From: SAR202 cluster bacterium bin87 | Lineage (GTDB): Bacteria > Chloroflexota > Dehalococcoidia > Lucifugimonadales > UBA3495 | Reading direction: 5' to 3' | DNA: 64,000 bases | Assembly (NCBI GenBank): GCA_002238825.1 | Contig: MPNC01000013.1 | Location: 6,006 to 70,005 of the forward strand | Shown here: positions 1 to 9,067 of the stretch, piece after piece | Numbering within the stretch: position 1 is the first letter of the stretch | How the letters are laid out: each line of letters opens with the position of its first letter | The notes under the pieces: generated by a model | Seen by the model: the letters and a program-made list of their open reading frames with translations, nothing else | What the model was told of the DNA's origin: nothing | The model's database searches: none | Translations under genes and position numbers: made by a program

Positions 1-362
1 CGCGGGTGGCCTGCATGGAAAAGGTCAACGCCCGGTATCCGTTCGAACTGCCCGAGGCGGTCGATCTGCTGGTCGCCGACGTGTCCTTCATATCCCTGAC
101 CATGGCGTTGCCCGAGCCCTTGACGCATCTGAAGCCCGGCGGATATGCCATCGCGCTCATCAAGCCGCAGTTCGAGGCCCGACGTGGTGAGGTCGGCAAG
201 GGCGGTATCGTCAGGAGCGACGCCCTGCGCGCCGACATCCTCGCCAGGGTCCAGGCGTGGTTAGCGTCTCGGGACGATGTCGCCCTGCTGGACACGATCC
301 CGTCGCCGATTACCGGCGATGCCGGCAACCGTGAGTTCCTGACCCTGTTGCGCAAGCATTGA
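1..362 (+). CDS. tlyA: TlyA-family rRNA (cytidine-2'-O)-methyltransferase, C-terminal part (5' end outside window)
   Basis: The ORF is open to the window edge. Motifs VADVSFISL, IKPQFE and GKGGIV are typical of TlyA/FtsJ-like methyltransferases. Confidence 0.7.
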   Translation, partial: RVACMEKVNARYPFELPEAVDLLVADVSFISLTMALPEPLTHLKPGGYAIALIKPQFEARRGEVGKGGIVRSDALRADILARVQAWLASRDDVALLDTIPSPITGDAGNREFLTLLRKH

Positions 363-479
363 ACACCTGCGTAATCCGCAGCCCGCGCGCACAGATCCGA
401 ATCTAAACCGCCAACGTATACTGCGCTTTAGATATCCAGCGATTTTAATGTACTTTCAGATTGCCGTCGGGAGACCGAG

Positions 480-3400
480 ATGATAATTCTGACCAAGTTG
501 GCTCTGCAAAGTCGGACGGTCACCGTGATGATCCTGATCCTCGTGCTGGCGGGCGGGATTTACGCCTACCAGCAGTTGCAGCAGGAGCTTTTCCCCGAGA
601 TCAGTTTGCGAGTGATCAACGTTTCGACTTCATACCAGCAGGGCACGCCGTACCAGGTGTCCCAGGAGGTCACTAAGCCCATTGAGGACCTGATCATCGG
701 CATGGAAGGCCTCAAGGAAGTCACGTCCACGTCGCGGTCAAACCGTTCCCAGGTGAGGGCCAGTTTCGAAAACAATGTAGATATCGAGGAGGCTGAGGCA
801 GAAATCGTCAGTCGGGTATCCGGCCTGCGGCTTCCGGACAACGCGGGCGAGCCCCGCGTGTTCGAGTTGACCCCTAACCGGCGACCGGTCACCGAGTTGA
901 GCGTATCCGGTCAGCGGGATATTCCTGAGTTGCTCAGGATCGTGGAGCGTCAGATAGCGCCACCGATCCAGGCGGTGCCGGGCGTGTTTGAGGTGGACAT
1001 TGAGGGAGGGGTCAATGAGCAGGTCGTCGTCACCGTGGACCCGACATTGTTGAACACCTACGGGCTGTCCATGCAGAACGTCATCGGCGCACTGCAGAGC
1101 AACTCGGTGGACGTGAACGCCGGCAGCGTGGAGTCCGCTGACGGCACCGTGACGGTCCGCGCCTTTCATGGCTATTCCGATCTGGATGCCTTGCGAAACC
1201 TGCCGGTCGGTTTCTCCCGTCCCGCCGGGTCGCCGGCATCTCCTCGCCCCTCCGGGAATAACGCCACCCCGATCCGGATGTCGGAAGTTGCCGATGTGCG
1301 GGTTGCCACCCCTGAAGCCACCACCATCTCCCGCACCAACGGCCAGCCCAGCGTCAGCCTGAGCGTTCATAAAACCGGCGACGGCAACACCATCGATATT
1401 ACCCACGCCATCGACCAGCTAATGGCGGACCTGCACGACCAGCTTCCGCCGGACCTGGAAATCGCGGTGATCGAAAGCCAGGCCCCTCGTCTGGAAGAGG
1501 AACTGGGCAAAGTTCTCGGGCAGGGTCTTCAAGGGTTTTTCTTCGCTGTGGCTGCAGTATTCCTCTTCCTACTGCAACTGCGGCCTCGGCCTTTTGCCGG
1601 CATCGCCAACGCCATCCGGCCCACCATCATCATCGCGCTGTCCATCCCCCTCAGCGTGATGATAACGATGCTGGTCATGGCCCTGTTCGACTGGACGCTG
1701 AACTTCATGAGCCTGGCCGGCCTGGCCATCGCCGTGGGCCGGATCGTGGATGACAGCATCGTCGTGCTGGAGAACATCTACCGGCACATCCAGGAGGGCA
1801 GCCCCCGCGCCGTGGCGGTGATCGCCGCCACCCAGGAGGTCAGCCCGCCCGTCGTCGCATCCACCCTGACCACGGTGGCGGTATTCGTTCCCCTGGGGTT
1901 CCTCCCCGGAGTGGTGGGGCAGTTCTTCTCCCCCTTCGCCCAGACAGTGTGCGTTTCCCTGCTGGCGTCCACCCTGGTGGCCCTCACCGCCGTTCCGGTG
2001 CTGGCGTCCTGGTTCCTGCGCACGGGCGACATGGTTGACGATCCCGCGAACCCCCGGGGCGACACCTACCTGCAGAAGTTGTACACCCCGGTGCTCCGGT
2101 TTGCCCTGCGCTTCCGGCTGATCACCGCCGTCGCCAGCGTCCTGGTGGTGCTGGCCAGCCTGACGCTCATCCGGACGCTGCCCGTCGAACTGTTTTCACA
2201 GGGGCGAACCGAGGGCATTCGCATCGACCTGAACCTTAGCGGCAATCCCTCTACCATCCAACTGGTGGAAGAAGTCAGCGTCGTCGAAGGCATATTGGAT
2301 GAGTTTGTCTCGACAGGGGACGTCGCAAGCCACCAGGTCACCCTGGGCGCCAGCAGCCGAAGCTTTGGGTCCACCGCTGACGCAGCCTTCGACCGGGCCG
2401 GGTTCAACATTCTGCTGGGGGAGAACGCTCCGGACGACCTCGACGAGCGGATCCGGAACGCCCTGCCGGAAAAGCGCGGCGTCACCACCCGCGTCTTCGC
2501 GGACTCCGGTGGCCCGGGACGTGGCAGCGGTTTGCGACTCACCCTCACCGGCGCCAACTACGAAGACGTGCGCATCGCCACCGACCGGCTGCAGGCCGCC
2601 GTCGAAAACGAACCTGGCGTGCGCAACGTGCAGACCAACATCGTGGACGGCCGAGAGGAGCTGACCATCGCCATCGACCCTGACGCAGCCGGTCGCTACG
2701 GCCTGTCCACGATGAGCGTCGCCAACCAGATCCGCACCTGGATGCGCGGCAGCGACGTCGCCGAGATCGACGTGGGTGGAGAAACCCTGGACGTGGTGGT
2801 GCGGGCGGTTGCCGAAGCCGTGGACGACCCGTCGGATCTCCCGCTCCTGCCCATCGGCAGCAACGCCGGAGCCATTCCGTTGGGTAGCATTGCAGACACC
2901 ATGAATACCGTCGGCCCCAGCGTGGTCACTCACTACAACGGCCACCGTTCCGCCACCGTTTCCGGCGGGCTGGCCGGACGGGACGCCGGCGCCATCGGTG
3001 ACCGCATCGACGCCATTGTCGCCTCCACGCCGCTTCCCCCGGGCGTCACGGTGCGATCCGGAGGCACCTTCAGCGACATCCGCGAGGAGTTCAACAACGT
3101 TTATGTCGCCATGATCATCGGGGTCTCCCTGGTGTACCTGGTCATGGTGGCCACCCTGGGCTCGCTGAAGATCCCATTCATCGTGGTGCTCAGCATGCCG
3201 CTGGCCGTGGTGGGCGCCCTGGTCGCGCTGGTCATCACCGACCGATCGCTGAGCCTGCCCGCCCTGATGGGGTTCCTGCTCCTGGTGGGCATCGTGGTGA
3301 CCAACGCCATCGTGCTGCTGACGTTTGTTCACCAGCAGCGGCGGGCCGGTCTGGAACCGCTGGACGCAGTGATGTCCGCCGGCCGAACCCGCGTGCGCCC

Positions 3401-3716
3401 CATCCTGATGACCGCCTTCACCACCATCCTGGCGTTGATCCCGCTTTCGCTCAGCGAATCGGCGGGACTGGTCGGCGCGGAACTGGCCACGGTGGTCATT
3501 GGAGGCCTGATCAGTTCCACCTTCCTAACCCTGGTGGCGGTCCCGGTGATTTACATGCTGTTCGAGGAATCAATCCCCAACGCGTACCGGCGCGTGCTCC
3601 GGTTACTTGGAGTGTCCCAAGCTCGCCCGCAATCCGAGCCGGATCAGGCGCGCACGTTCGCCGCGACCGACATCGAAGCCAACCCCGAACCGGGCGGATC
3701 ACCGGCTTCTGACTGA
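480..3716 (+). CDS. RND (AcrB/HAE-type) efflux transporter permease
   Basis: 1078 aa. It has two large extracytoplasmic loops separated by TM bundles, with AcrB-like blocks (AIAVGRIVDDSIVVLENI, RPILMTAFTTILALIPL). Confidence 0.85.
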   Translation: MIILTKLALQSRTVTVMILILVLAGGIYAYQQLQQELFPEISLRVINVSTSYQQGTPYQVSQEVTKPIEDLIIGMEGLKEVTSTSRSNRSQVRASFENNVDIEEAEAEIVSRVSGLRLPDNAGEPRVFELTPNRRPVTELSVSGQRDIPELLRIVERQIAPPIQAVPGVFEVDIEGGVNEQVVVTVDPTLLNTYGLSMQNVIGALQSNSVDVNAGSVESADGTVTVRAFHGYSDLDALRNLPVGFSRPAGSPASPRPSGNNATPIRMSEVADVRVATPEATTISRTNGQPSVSLSVHKTGDGNTIDITHAIDQLMADLHDQLPPDLEIAVIESQAPRLEEELGKVLGQGLQGFFFAVAAVFLFLLQLRPRPFAGIANAIRPTIIIALSIPLSVMITMLVMALFDWTLNFMSLAGLAIAVGRIVDDSIVVLENIYRHIQEGSPRAVAVIAATQEVSPPVVASTLTTVAVFVPLGFLPGVVGQFFSPFAQTVCVSLLASTLVALTAVPVLASWFLRTGDMVDDPANPRGDTYLQKLYTPVLRFALRFRLITAVASVLVVLASLTLIRTLPVELFSQGRTEGIRIDLNLSGNPSTIQLVEEVSVVEGILDEFVSTGDVASHQVTLGASSRSFGSTADAAFDRAGFNILLGENAPDDLDERIRNALPEKRGVTTRVFADSGGPGRGSGLRLTLTGANYEDVRIATDRLQAAVENEPGVRNVQTNIVDGREELTIAIDPDAAGRYGLSTMSVANQIRTWMRGSDVAEIDVGGETLDVVVRAVAEAVDDPSDLPLLPIGSNAGAIPLGSIADTMNTVGPSVVTHYNGHRSATVSGGLAGRDAGAIGDRIDAIVASTPLPPGVTVRSGGTFSDIREEFNNVYVAMIIGVSLVYLVMVATLGSLKIPFIVVLSMPLAVVGALVALVITDRSLSLPALMGFLLLVGIVVTNAIVLLTFVHQQRRAGLEPLDAVMSAGRTRVRPILMTAFTTILALIPLSLSESAGLVGAELATVVIGGLISSTFLTLVAVPVIYMLFEESIPNAYRRVLRLLGVSQARPQSEPDQARTFAATDIEANPEPGGSPASD

Positions 3717-3845
3717 TCGCTTCTCGTATCCGTTACATCTGGGTGCGGCCGTCCCACTGCACGATGGCCGCACGCCGCGCAGCATGGCGAAATTCGGGTA
3801 TCATAATCGTGCTCGCACGCCAACCATCCATTTCACAAGGAGGCG

Positions 3846-4238
3846 GTGATGGCTACCGCCGGACCGGACACCATCGCCCAATGCGTCGAACAGGCCGTTG
3901 CCTTCCTGGCGCAATCGGACCGCGAATTCGACGCGGGAGACCGTCGACAAGGCTCGGAGAAGCTCTACGGCGCGGCCACGCAAGCCGTCATCGCTGCGGC
4001 CCAGCAGCGTGGCTGGCAATACCGGAGCCACCGCGCCACCAAAAACGCGGTAATCCAGCTGGAATCGGAATACCAGGATCCATTGCTGATTGCCGGATTC
4101 CTCGCTGCCGAAAAGTTCCACAAGAACTTCTTTCACGATGAGATGGAAGACTACGAAATCGTAGCCGACCGGCCCATCGTTCACCGCTTTGTGAACCGCC
4201 TGGTGACACTGGTCAACGACTATGCGCCGGACGCCTGA
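3846..4238 (+). CDS. PaREP1-like (HEPN-superfamily) small helical protein
   Basis: 130 aa. AAGGAGG lies 6 nt before ATG 3849. It is a clear paralog of 22627..22986 (shared AGD..Q.SEK..GAATQ...A.A.QRGW....HR ... H.NF...ME). The pattern recalls the PaREP1 family. Coding is likely but function is tentative. Confidence 0.5.
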   Translation: MMATAGPDTIAQCVEQAVAFLAQSDREFDAGDRRQGSEKLYGAATQAVIAAAQQRGWQYRSHRATKNAVIQLESEYQDPLLIAGFLAAEKFHKNFFHDEMEDYEIVADRPIVHRFVNRLVTLVNDYAPDA

Positions 4239-4289
4239 TGCAACGCGAAGAGCTCAATGCAAATTGTAAGTTCCCAAAAGGAGAAGCAC

Positions 4290-4613
4290 ATGTACGTACT
4301 GCGAAGAATTTTCAAGACCAAGCCTGGCGAGGCCCGGCGCGTGGCCAGCCTGCTCCAGAAGCAAGCGCAGATCTACCACGACGCCGGCCAGCGCAGCGAG
4401 TTCCGGGTTTATTTCAATGGCGCCACCACTCCGGCGGAGCAGGACGTTGTGATCCTTGAGTGGACCGATGAGTCCCTGATGTCGCCCATGCGTGCTGGCA
4501 ATCAACTGCCCGCGGCGGCGCTGGAAGTGGGCGGACAGGTCAGGCAGCTGGTGGAGAGCAACCGCATCGAATTCTGGGAGATGATGTCGCCCGACAAGAT
4601 GATGGACGTCTAA
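4290..4613 (+). CDS. hypothetical small protein (about 107 aa, possibly dimeric alpha/beta-barrel-like)
   Basis: The ATG is preceded by AAAGGAGAAG. GC3 is high like its neighbours. I recognise no family motif. Confidence 0.45.
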   Translation: MYVLRRIFKTKPGEARRVASLLQKQAQIYHDAGQRSEFRVYFNGATTPAEQDVVILEWTDESLMSPMRAGNQLPAAALEVGGQVRQLVESNRIEFWEMMSPDKMMDV

Positions 4614-4640
4614 TCGCTCGCACCTTCAGGAGGCAGCATC

Positions 4641-5111
4641 GTGGAAGTAGCAAAGGTGGCAGAAATACTGCTGGAGCGCGAACAGACCGTGTCCGTGGCC
4701 GAGGCCTGCACCAACGGCCTGCTCGGCTACACGCTGGGCACCATACCGGGGGCGTCCCGGTTCTTCCCGGGCGGCGTCGTCGCCTACACCGGCGGGCTGA
4801 AGGAGAAGATCCTCGGCGTGCCCGATGAGCTCTATGAGACCGCCGGCAGCGTGAGCCGGGAGATGGCCATCGCCATGGCCCGCGGCGCACTGGAACTCAC
4901 CGGCACCAACTATGCCCTCTCGACCACCGGCGTCACCGGACCGGCAGCCGGCCGCAGCGGGTTGCCCATCGGCACCTTCTGGATCGGCCTGGCGGTCAAG
5001 GATGGCGAGGACGCCGCCATCGAGATCCGCGTCGGCGGCGACCGCGACGCCACCAAGCACGGCGCGGTGCAGGCCGCCATCGACCTGCTGGGACGGGAGC
5101 TGACTGGTTAG
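4641..5111 (+). CDS. CinA C-terminal domain / nicotinamide-nucleotide amidohydrolase PncC-like
   Basis: 156 aa with a GTG start. Motifs SVAEACTNGLLG, GGVVAYT and TTGVTGP are typical of CinA_C. Confidence 0.75.
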   Translation: MEVAKVAEILLEREQTVSVAEACTNGLLGYTLGTIPGASRFFPGGVVAYTGGLKEKILGVPDELYETAGSVSREMAIAMARGALELTGTNYALSTTGVTGPAAGRSGLPIGTFWIGLAVKDGEDAAIEIRVGGDRDATKHGAVQAAIDLLGRELTG

Positions 5112-5148
5112 ATCGCGCAGTTTCTCCACTGCAGTCTGAGTATTCAAT

Positions 5149-5176
5149 GTAGGGGCGAATGATCATTCGCCCCTAC
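5149..5176. repeat. Family D perfect 28-bp palindrome GTAGGGGCGAATGATCATTCGCCCCTAC
   Basis: I read it as self-complementary. A near-identical copy sits at 24157..24186. Confidence 0.9.
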
Positions 5177-5269
5177 GCACGCTGGCAGCTGCATCCACCG
5201 GACCAACCTGACGACAACCGGCTGCCGCTCTTTCCACGTCAGCCATCCGACACCAACCGAGGTACCGCA

Positions 5270-6280
5270 ATGAAATTCGGAGTTTCCCTTTCCGCCATCG
5301 CTCAGCAGCCGGCCGGCGCCGACATGCAGCAGGCCTTCGCCGACATCTGCTCCTACGTGGGCGCGGCGCGCGACCTGGGGTTCGACATGGTCTACCAGGG
5401 CCAGCACTACCTGACCGACCCCTACCAACAGCTGCAAACGATGCCGTTGTTGGCCCGGATTTCGGCGGAGGCCCGGGGCATGGGCCTGGTGGCCACCATG
5501 CTGGTGCCCCTGCATCACCCGGTTGACCTGGCGGAGCGCGTCGCCACCATGGACGTGATCACCGGCGGAAACTTCACCCTCAGCGCCGCCCTCGGCTACC
5601 GCGACGAGGAGTACGACAACTTCGGCGTGCCCCGCCGCACCCGGGTCAGCCGCTACCTCGAATGTCTGGAGGCCATGCGCCTGTTGTGGTCCGGCGAGAA
5701 GGTCAACTACGAGGGGCAGTACTTCCGGCTCCAGGATGCTCAACTGATGCTGCGCCCCGTGCAGCAGCCCCATCCGCCGGTGTGGGTGGCCGCCAACAGC
5801 GACGCCGCCATCACCCGGGCCGCGCGCATGGGCTACACCTGGTACGTGAACCCCCACGCCAAGTTCGACACCATCAGCCAGCAGGTTGAGATGTACCACG
5901 AGGCCGCCGGCGCCGCCAACTCGGGCGCGCCCGAGCGCCTGCCCCTGGGTCGCGAGGTCTTCGTGGGGCGCACCCACGAGGAGGCCTTCGCCAACGCCGC
6001 GCCCTACCTGGGCGGCAAGTACGAGGCCTACGCCCAGTGGGGACAGGACAAGGCCCTGCCCGGCGACGAGAACTTCCGAGAACCCTTCGAGGACCTGGCC
6101 CGCGACCGCTTCGTCATCGGCAACCCCGACGAGGTGGTCGAGGAGCTATCCCGCTATCGCGCGCTGGGGATGTCCCACGGCTGCTTCCGCATGATGTGGC
6201 CCGGCATGCCTCTCGACGACGGCATCGCCAACCTCGAACTCTTCGCCGACCGCGTGGCGCCACACCTGCGGGAGGACTAA
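5270..6280 (+). CDS. LLM-class (luciferase-like) flavin-dependent oxidoreductase
   Basis: 336 aa from ATG 5270 (MKFGVSLS...). The upstream part of the tracked ORF runs through the family D palindrome. The TIM-barrel LLM pattern is typical. Confidence 0.8.
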   Translation: MKFGVSLSAIAQQPAGADMQQAFADICSYVGAARDLGFDMVYQGQHYLTDPYQQLQTMPLLARISAEARGMGLVATMLVPLHHPVDLAERVATMDVITGGNFTLSAALGYRDEEYDNFGVPRRTRVSRYLECLEAMRLLWSGEKVNYEGQYFRLQDAQLMLRPVQQPHPPVWVAANSDAAITRAARMGYTWYVNPHAKFDTISQQVEMYHEAAGAANSGAPERLPLGREVFVGRTHEEAFANAAPYLGGKYEAYAQWGQDKALPGDENFREPFEDLARDRFVIGNPDEVVEELSRYRALGMSHGCFRMMWPGMPLDDGIANLELFADRVAPHLRED

Positions 6281-6306
6281 CTTCCGACATTTTCGGCACT
6301 GCGGAG

Positions 6307-8673
6307 CTACCCCGCTCGCAGCGTCTGCTCCGTCTCCGCGCCGGCCTTGATCCGCTCCCAGTCGTACAGCATGGGCGCCATGCGCACCTTGCTCCACATC
6401 TGCGACTGATCGGAGTAGTGCGGGCTGGCGGGGTGACCCGAGGATCCCAGCGGCACCGCCCACAGCGAGCGGTTCCAGTCGGCCGGGTCGTAGGCATAGC
6501 GGAACACCGATAGCCCACCCACCGTGGCCAGGTCGCCCGGCGCGTAGGAGCCGGCCCAAGGCGTGTCGCCGTCGCCTCCGGTGAGGATTTCCGGCGGGTC
6601 CAGCAGGCCGCCCAACTCCGGCGTAGCCATCGACAGCGGATGCTGCGGCCGCGCCCGGTGTACCCGGTCCCACCGCCAGCCGGCGATGTCGGAGCCCAGT
6701 TTTGCCGTAAGTGTGCGGACCGCCTCCTGCAAGGCCGTGGACAGCGCACCGTTCCAGTCCTGGCCGTCGGGCAGCAGGTCGGTGTCTCCGCTAGCGATGG
6801 CGTCGGTCATCAGGTTTTTGAACCGGTTGAGGAAGACGCCACGTCCCCGGTCGGCCGGCTGCCAGCCCATGGCGGCAAGGTCTTCCCCGATGTTGTGCTT
6901 CAGCAGACGCCACAGCAGGGCATCGCGCATCGCGCTGTAGATGGTCGGCTCAACCGCGCTGGGATCAACGCTGCCCGACCAGTCCTGCAGCTTCGCCAGC
7001 GCCGCTGCCGTAGCGGGATCTGCCGGTGGAGGAACGGCGGCAAGCGCGGCCACGTAGGTTTTCGCCGGGATGGATACCCGCTCGGCATGGATGCGGCCCA
7101 TGTCGGCAGCCGCAGCGTTGGGGATGCTCTCGACGCCGTGGGTCACGCGCATGGCACGGTAGCCGGGCGCAAAGTCCATCGAGATGTAGTACGGATAGTC
7201 CGCGCCCACCGGCCGGTTGTTGGCCGTCACGATGTAGCCCGGCGCCGGATTGATGTAGCGCGGCATATCGGCGAAGGGGATGCTGCCCTGCCACTCGTGC
7301 TCCCCGTCCCATCCGGGAACCGGCAGGGGAGCCGGCACGTCGCCCGGCCGGCGGGGAATCTCGCCCCGGCACTGGTAACCGATGTTGCCGTGGACGTCGG
7401 CCATAACGAAGTTGTTCACCGGGTCAACCCAGCCCTCCATGGCGTCGGCCAGCTCGTTCACGCTGGTAGCCTCAAGCATGGCGGGCAGGATGTCCGTCCA
7501 CGGATCGCCGCCGTCGCCGGCGGTGTATCGCAGGGCGAGGCCGTATCCGGACAATGGGTCGCCGCCCACCACCGGGCCGTGATGGGTCGCCCAGGTGCGC
7601 AGGTGCACGTCGGCGCCGTCCTTGACCCGGATAACCTCGTCGCGAACGTCGGCGTTGTACCAGTCCTCCTGGTGTTGGTAGAGGGACGGATCGGCGTCGT
7701 TGAACAGCTCGATGTACAGGTCCTGGTAGTCGGCGGCGGTATGGGTCACGCTCCAGGCCACCCACTGATTGTGCCCGAAGTGCGGAAAGCCGGGCACGCC
7801 GACGAAGGAGTTGCCGACCACGTCGAAGGTGTCGCAGGCCAGGTGGTTCTGGTAATAGACGCTGGGCGTATCCAGGCCCCGGTGGCTGTCGCCGGCCAGC
7901 AGCCCCTTGCCGGTGGCGGTACGGTCCGGACCGATGGCCCACGAGTTGGACCCACTGTCCAACTCACCGATGAGATTCAGGTTCGCGGCGTGTTCCAGCA
8001 ACTGCTCCAGGCCGATATCCACCGCGCCGTCGTAATCGGCGCCGGTGGGAATGATGACCGGTTGGCCCGGCGGGTAGGACGGGAACAGCGCGGCGGCTCG
8101 CTCCGAGCCCAATGCCTTCACGAGCCGTGCCCGCCACGCCTTGGTCTCGAACACGCCCATTAAGACGTGCCGCACCTTATAGATGGCCAGGCTGTGCCAC
8201 GGCTCCCATGGCTCCGGCTGGATGCCGGCGATGGCGTACTCCGCCGGCAGCGGCGCGTCGCTGTTGATGAAGGCGTTGACGCCGGCGGCGTAGGCTTCCA
8301 GCATGGCCGTCGCCCGGGGACCGGCCGCCTCGCAATCGGCTCGGGCCGCATCCTCCAGCCGGTGCCGGCGCATCTGCATGTCCTGGCCCACCGCGGATTT
8401 GCCGGCCGCCTCGGCCCAGCGGCCCACGGCCCGCAGACGATCAAACTCCATGGCCCAGAGCCGGTCCTGCGCGGTGACGAAGCCCTGGGCGAACCAGGCG
8501 TCTTGCTCGTTGGCCGCGCGCACATGGGGGATGCCCCACTGGTCGCGCCATACGCGCACGTCGGCTTTCAGGCCCGGCAGGTTCAGCTCGCCGTCCAGGG
8601 GAGGGATCGCGCTCTTCAGATCGTGGGAGGTTACGGCGGCGGGGTTGGCGGCGGTGATGGTCATGGCGGTCAA
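6307..8673 (-). CDS. penicillin acylase family (Ntn hydrolase, peptidase S45) protein
   Basis: 788 aa. The internal GSNSWAIG block marks the beta-subunit N-terminal Ser nucleophile. No obvious signal peptide. Confidence 0.85.
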   Translation of the reverse strand: MTAMTITAANPAAVTSHDLKSAIPPLDGELNLPGLKADVRVWRDQWGIPHVRAANEQDAWFAQGFVTAQDRLWAMEFDRLRAVGRWAEAAGKSAVGQDMQMRRHRLEDAARADCEAAGPRATAMLEAYAAGVNAFINSDAPLPAEYAIAGIQPEPWEPWHSLAIYKVRHVLMGVFETKAWRARLVKALGSERAAALFPSYPPGQPVIIPTGADYDGAVDIGLEQLLEHAANLNLIGELDSGSNSWAIGPDRTATGKGLLAGDSHRGLDTPSVYYQNHLACDTFDVVGNSFVGVPGFPHFGHNQWVAWSVTHTAADYQDLYIELFNDADPSLYQHQEDWYNADVRDEVIRVKDGADVHLRTWATHHGPVVGGDPLSGYGLALRYTAGDGGDPWTDILPAMLEATSVNELADAMEGWVDPVNNFVMADVHGNIGYQCRGEIPRRPGDVPAPLPVPGWDGEHEWQGSIPFADMPRYINPAPGYIVTANNRPVGADYPYYISMDFAPGYRAMRVTHGVESIPNAAAADMGRIHAERVSIPAKTYVAALAAVPPPADPATAAALAKLQDWSGSVDPSAVEPTIYSAMRDALLWRLLKHNIGEDLAAMGWQPADRGRGVFLNRFKNLMTDAIASGDTDLLPDGQDWNGALSTALQEAVRTLTAKLGSDIAGWRWDRVHRARPQHPLSMATPELGGLLDPPEILTGGDGDTPWAGSYAPGDLATVGGLSVFRYAYDPADWNRSLWAVPLGSSGHPASPHYSDQSQMWSKVRMAPMLYDWERIKAGAETEQTLRAG

Positions 8674-8740
8674 CTCCAGTATTGGCTAGAGCCATATTAC
8701 CGCACGACAGGCCGTCGGGGGAGTTGCCCTTTCACCTGAC

Positions 8741-9046
8741 GCGCACCCAGTTTGTCATCGCGAGGAGCAATGCGACGTGGCGATCTCGTTCCCGCACTAG
8801 CGTTCCTCGACCCAACGAGATTGACACGCTTCGCTCGCAATGAAGATTCCAGTGAAACTGGGTACCCGTGAGGCCCTTTCGCCAATCCGATCCTTACTCG
8901 CACTCAGTTTGTCATCGCGAGGAGCAATGCGACGTGGCGATCTCGTTCCCACACTAGCGTTCTTGACCCAACGAGCTTGACACGCTTCGCTCGCAATGAC
9001 GGTTCCAGTGAAACTGGGTACCCGTGAGGCCCTCGCCAATCCACTG
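8741..9046. repeat. two tandem ~157-bp units, each containing a family A element in reverse orientation
   Basis: TTTGTCATCGCGAGGAGCAATGCGACGTGGCGATCTCGTTCCC...CTTCGCTCGCAATGA...CCAGTGAAACTGGGTACCCGTGAGGCC occurs at 8751 and again at 8908. Confidence 0.9.
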
Positions 9047-9067
9047 ATGTCGTCGCGGTCGGGGGAG

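Noticed and set aside
3743-3775. Hairpin GTGCGGCC-(15 nt)-GGCCGCAC after the RND gene as an intrinsic terminator
   Set aside because: The stem is clear, but no U-tract follows. I note it as a possible RNA structure only and am not confident enough to list it as a terminator.
5159-5269. N-terminal 37 codons of the tracked LLM ORF, and likewise 24168..24230 for fusA
   Set aside because: Both extensions are translations of the family D palindrome (the peptide ...IRPY... recurs in both). The conserved protein N-termini begin at the downstream ATGs.
8741-9046. Possible CRISPR array (direct repeats)
   Set aside because: There are only two units of about 157 bp, directly abutting with no unique spacers. 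The unit belongs to the dispersed family A repeat. No cas genes are present in the window.
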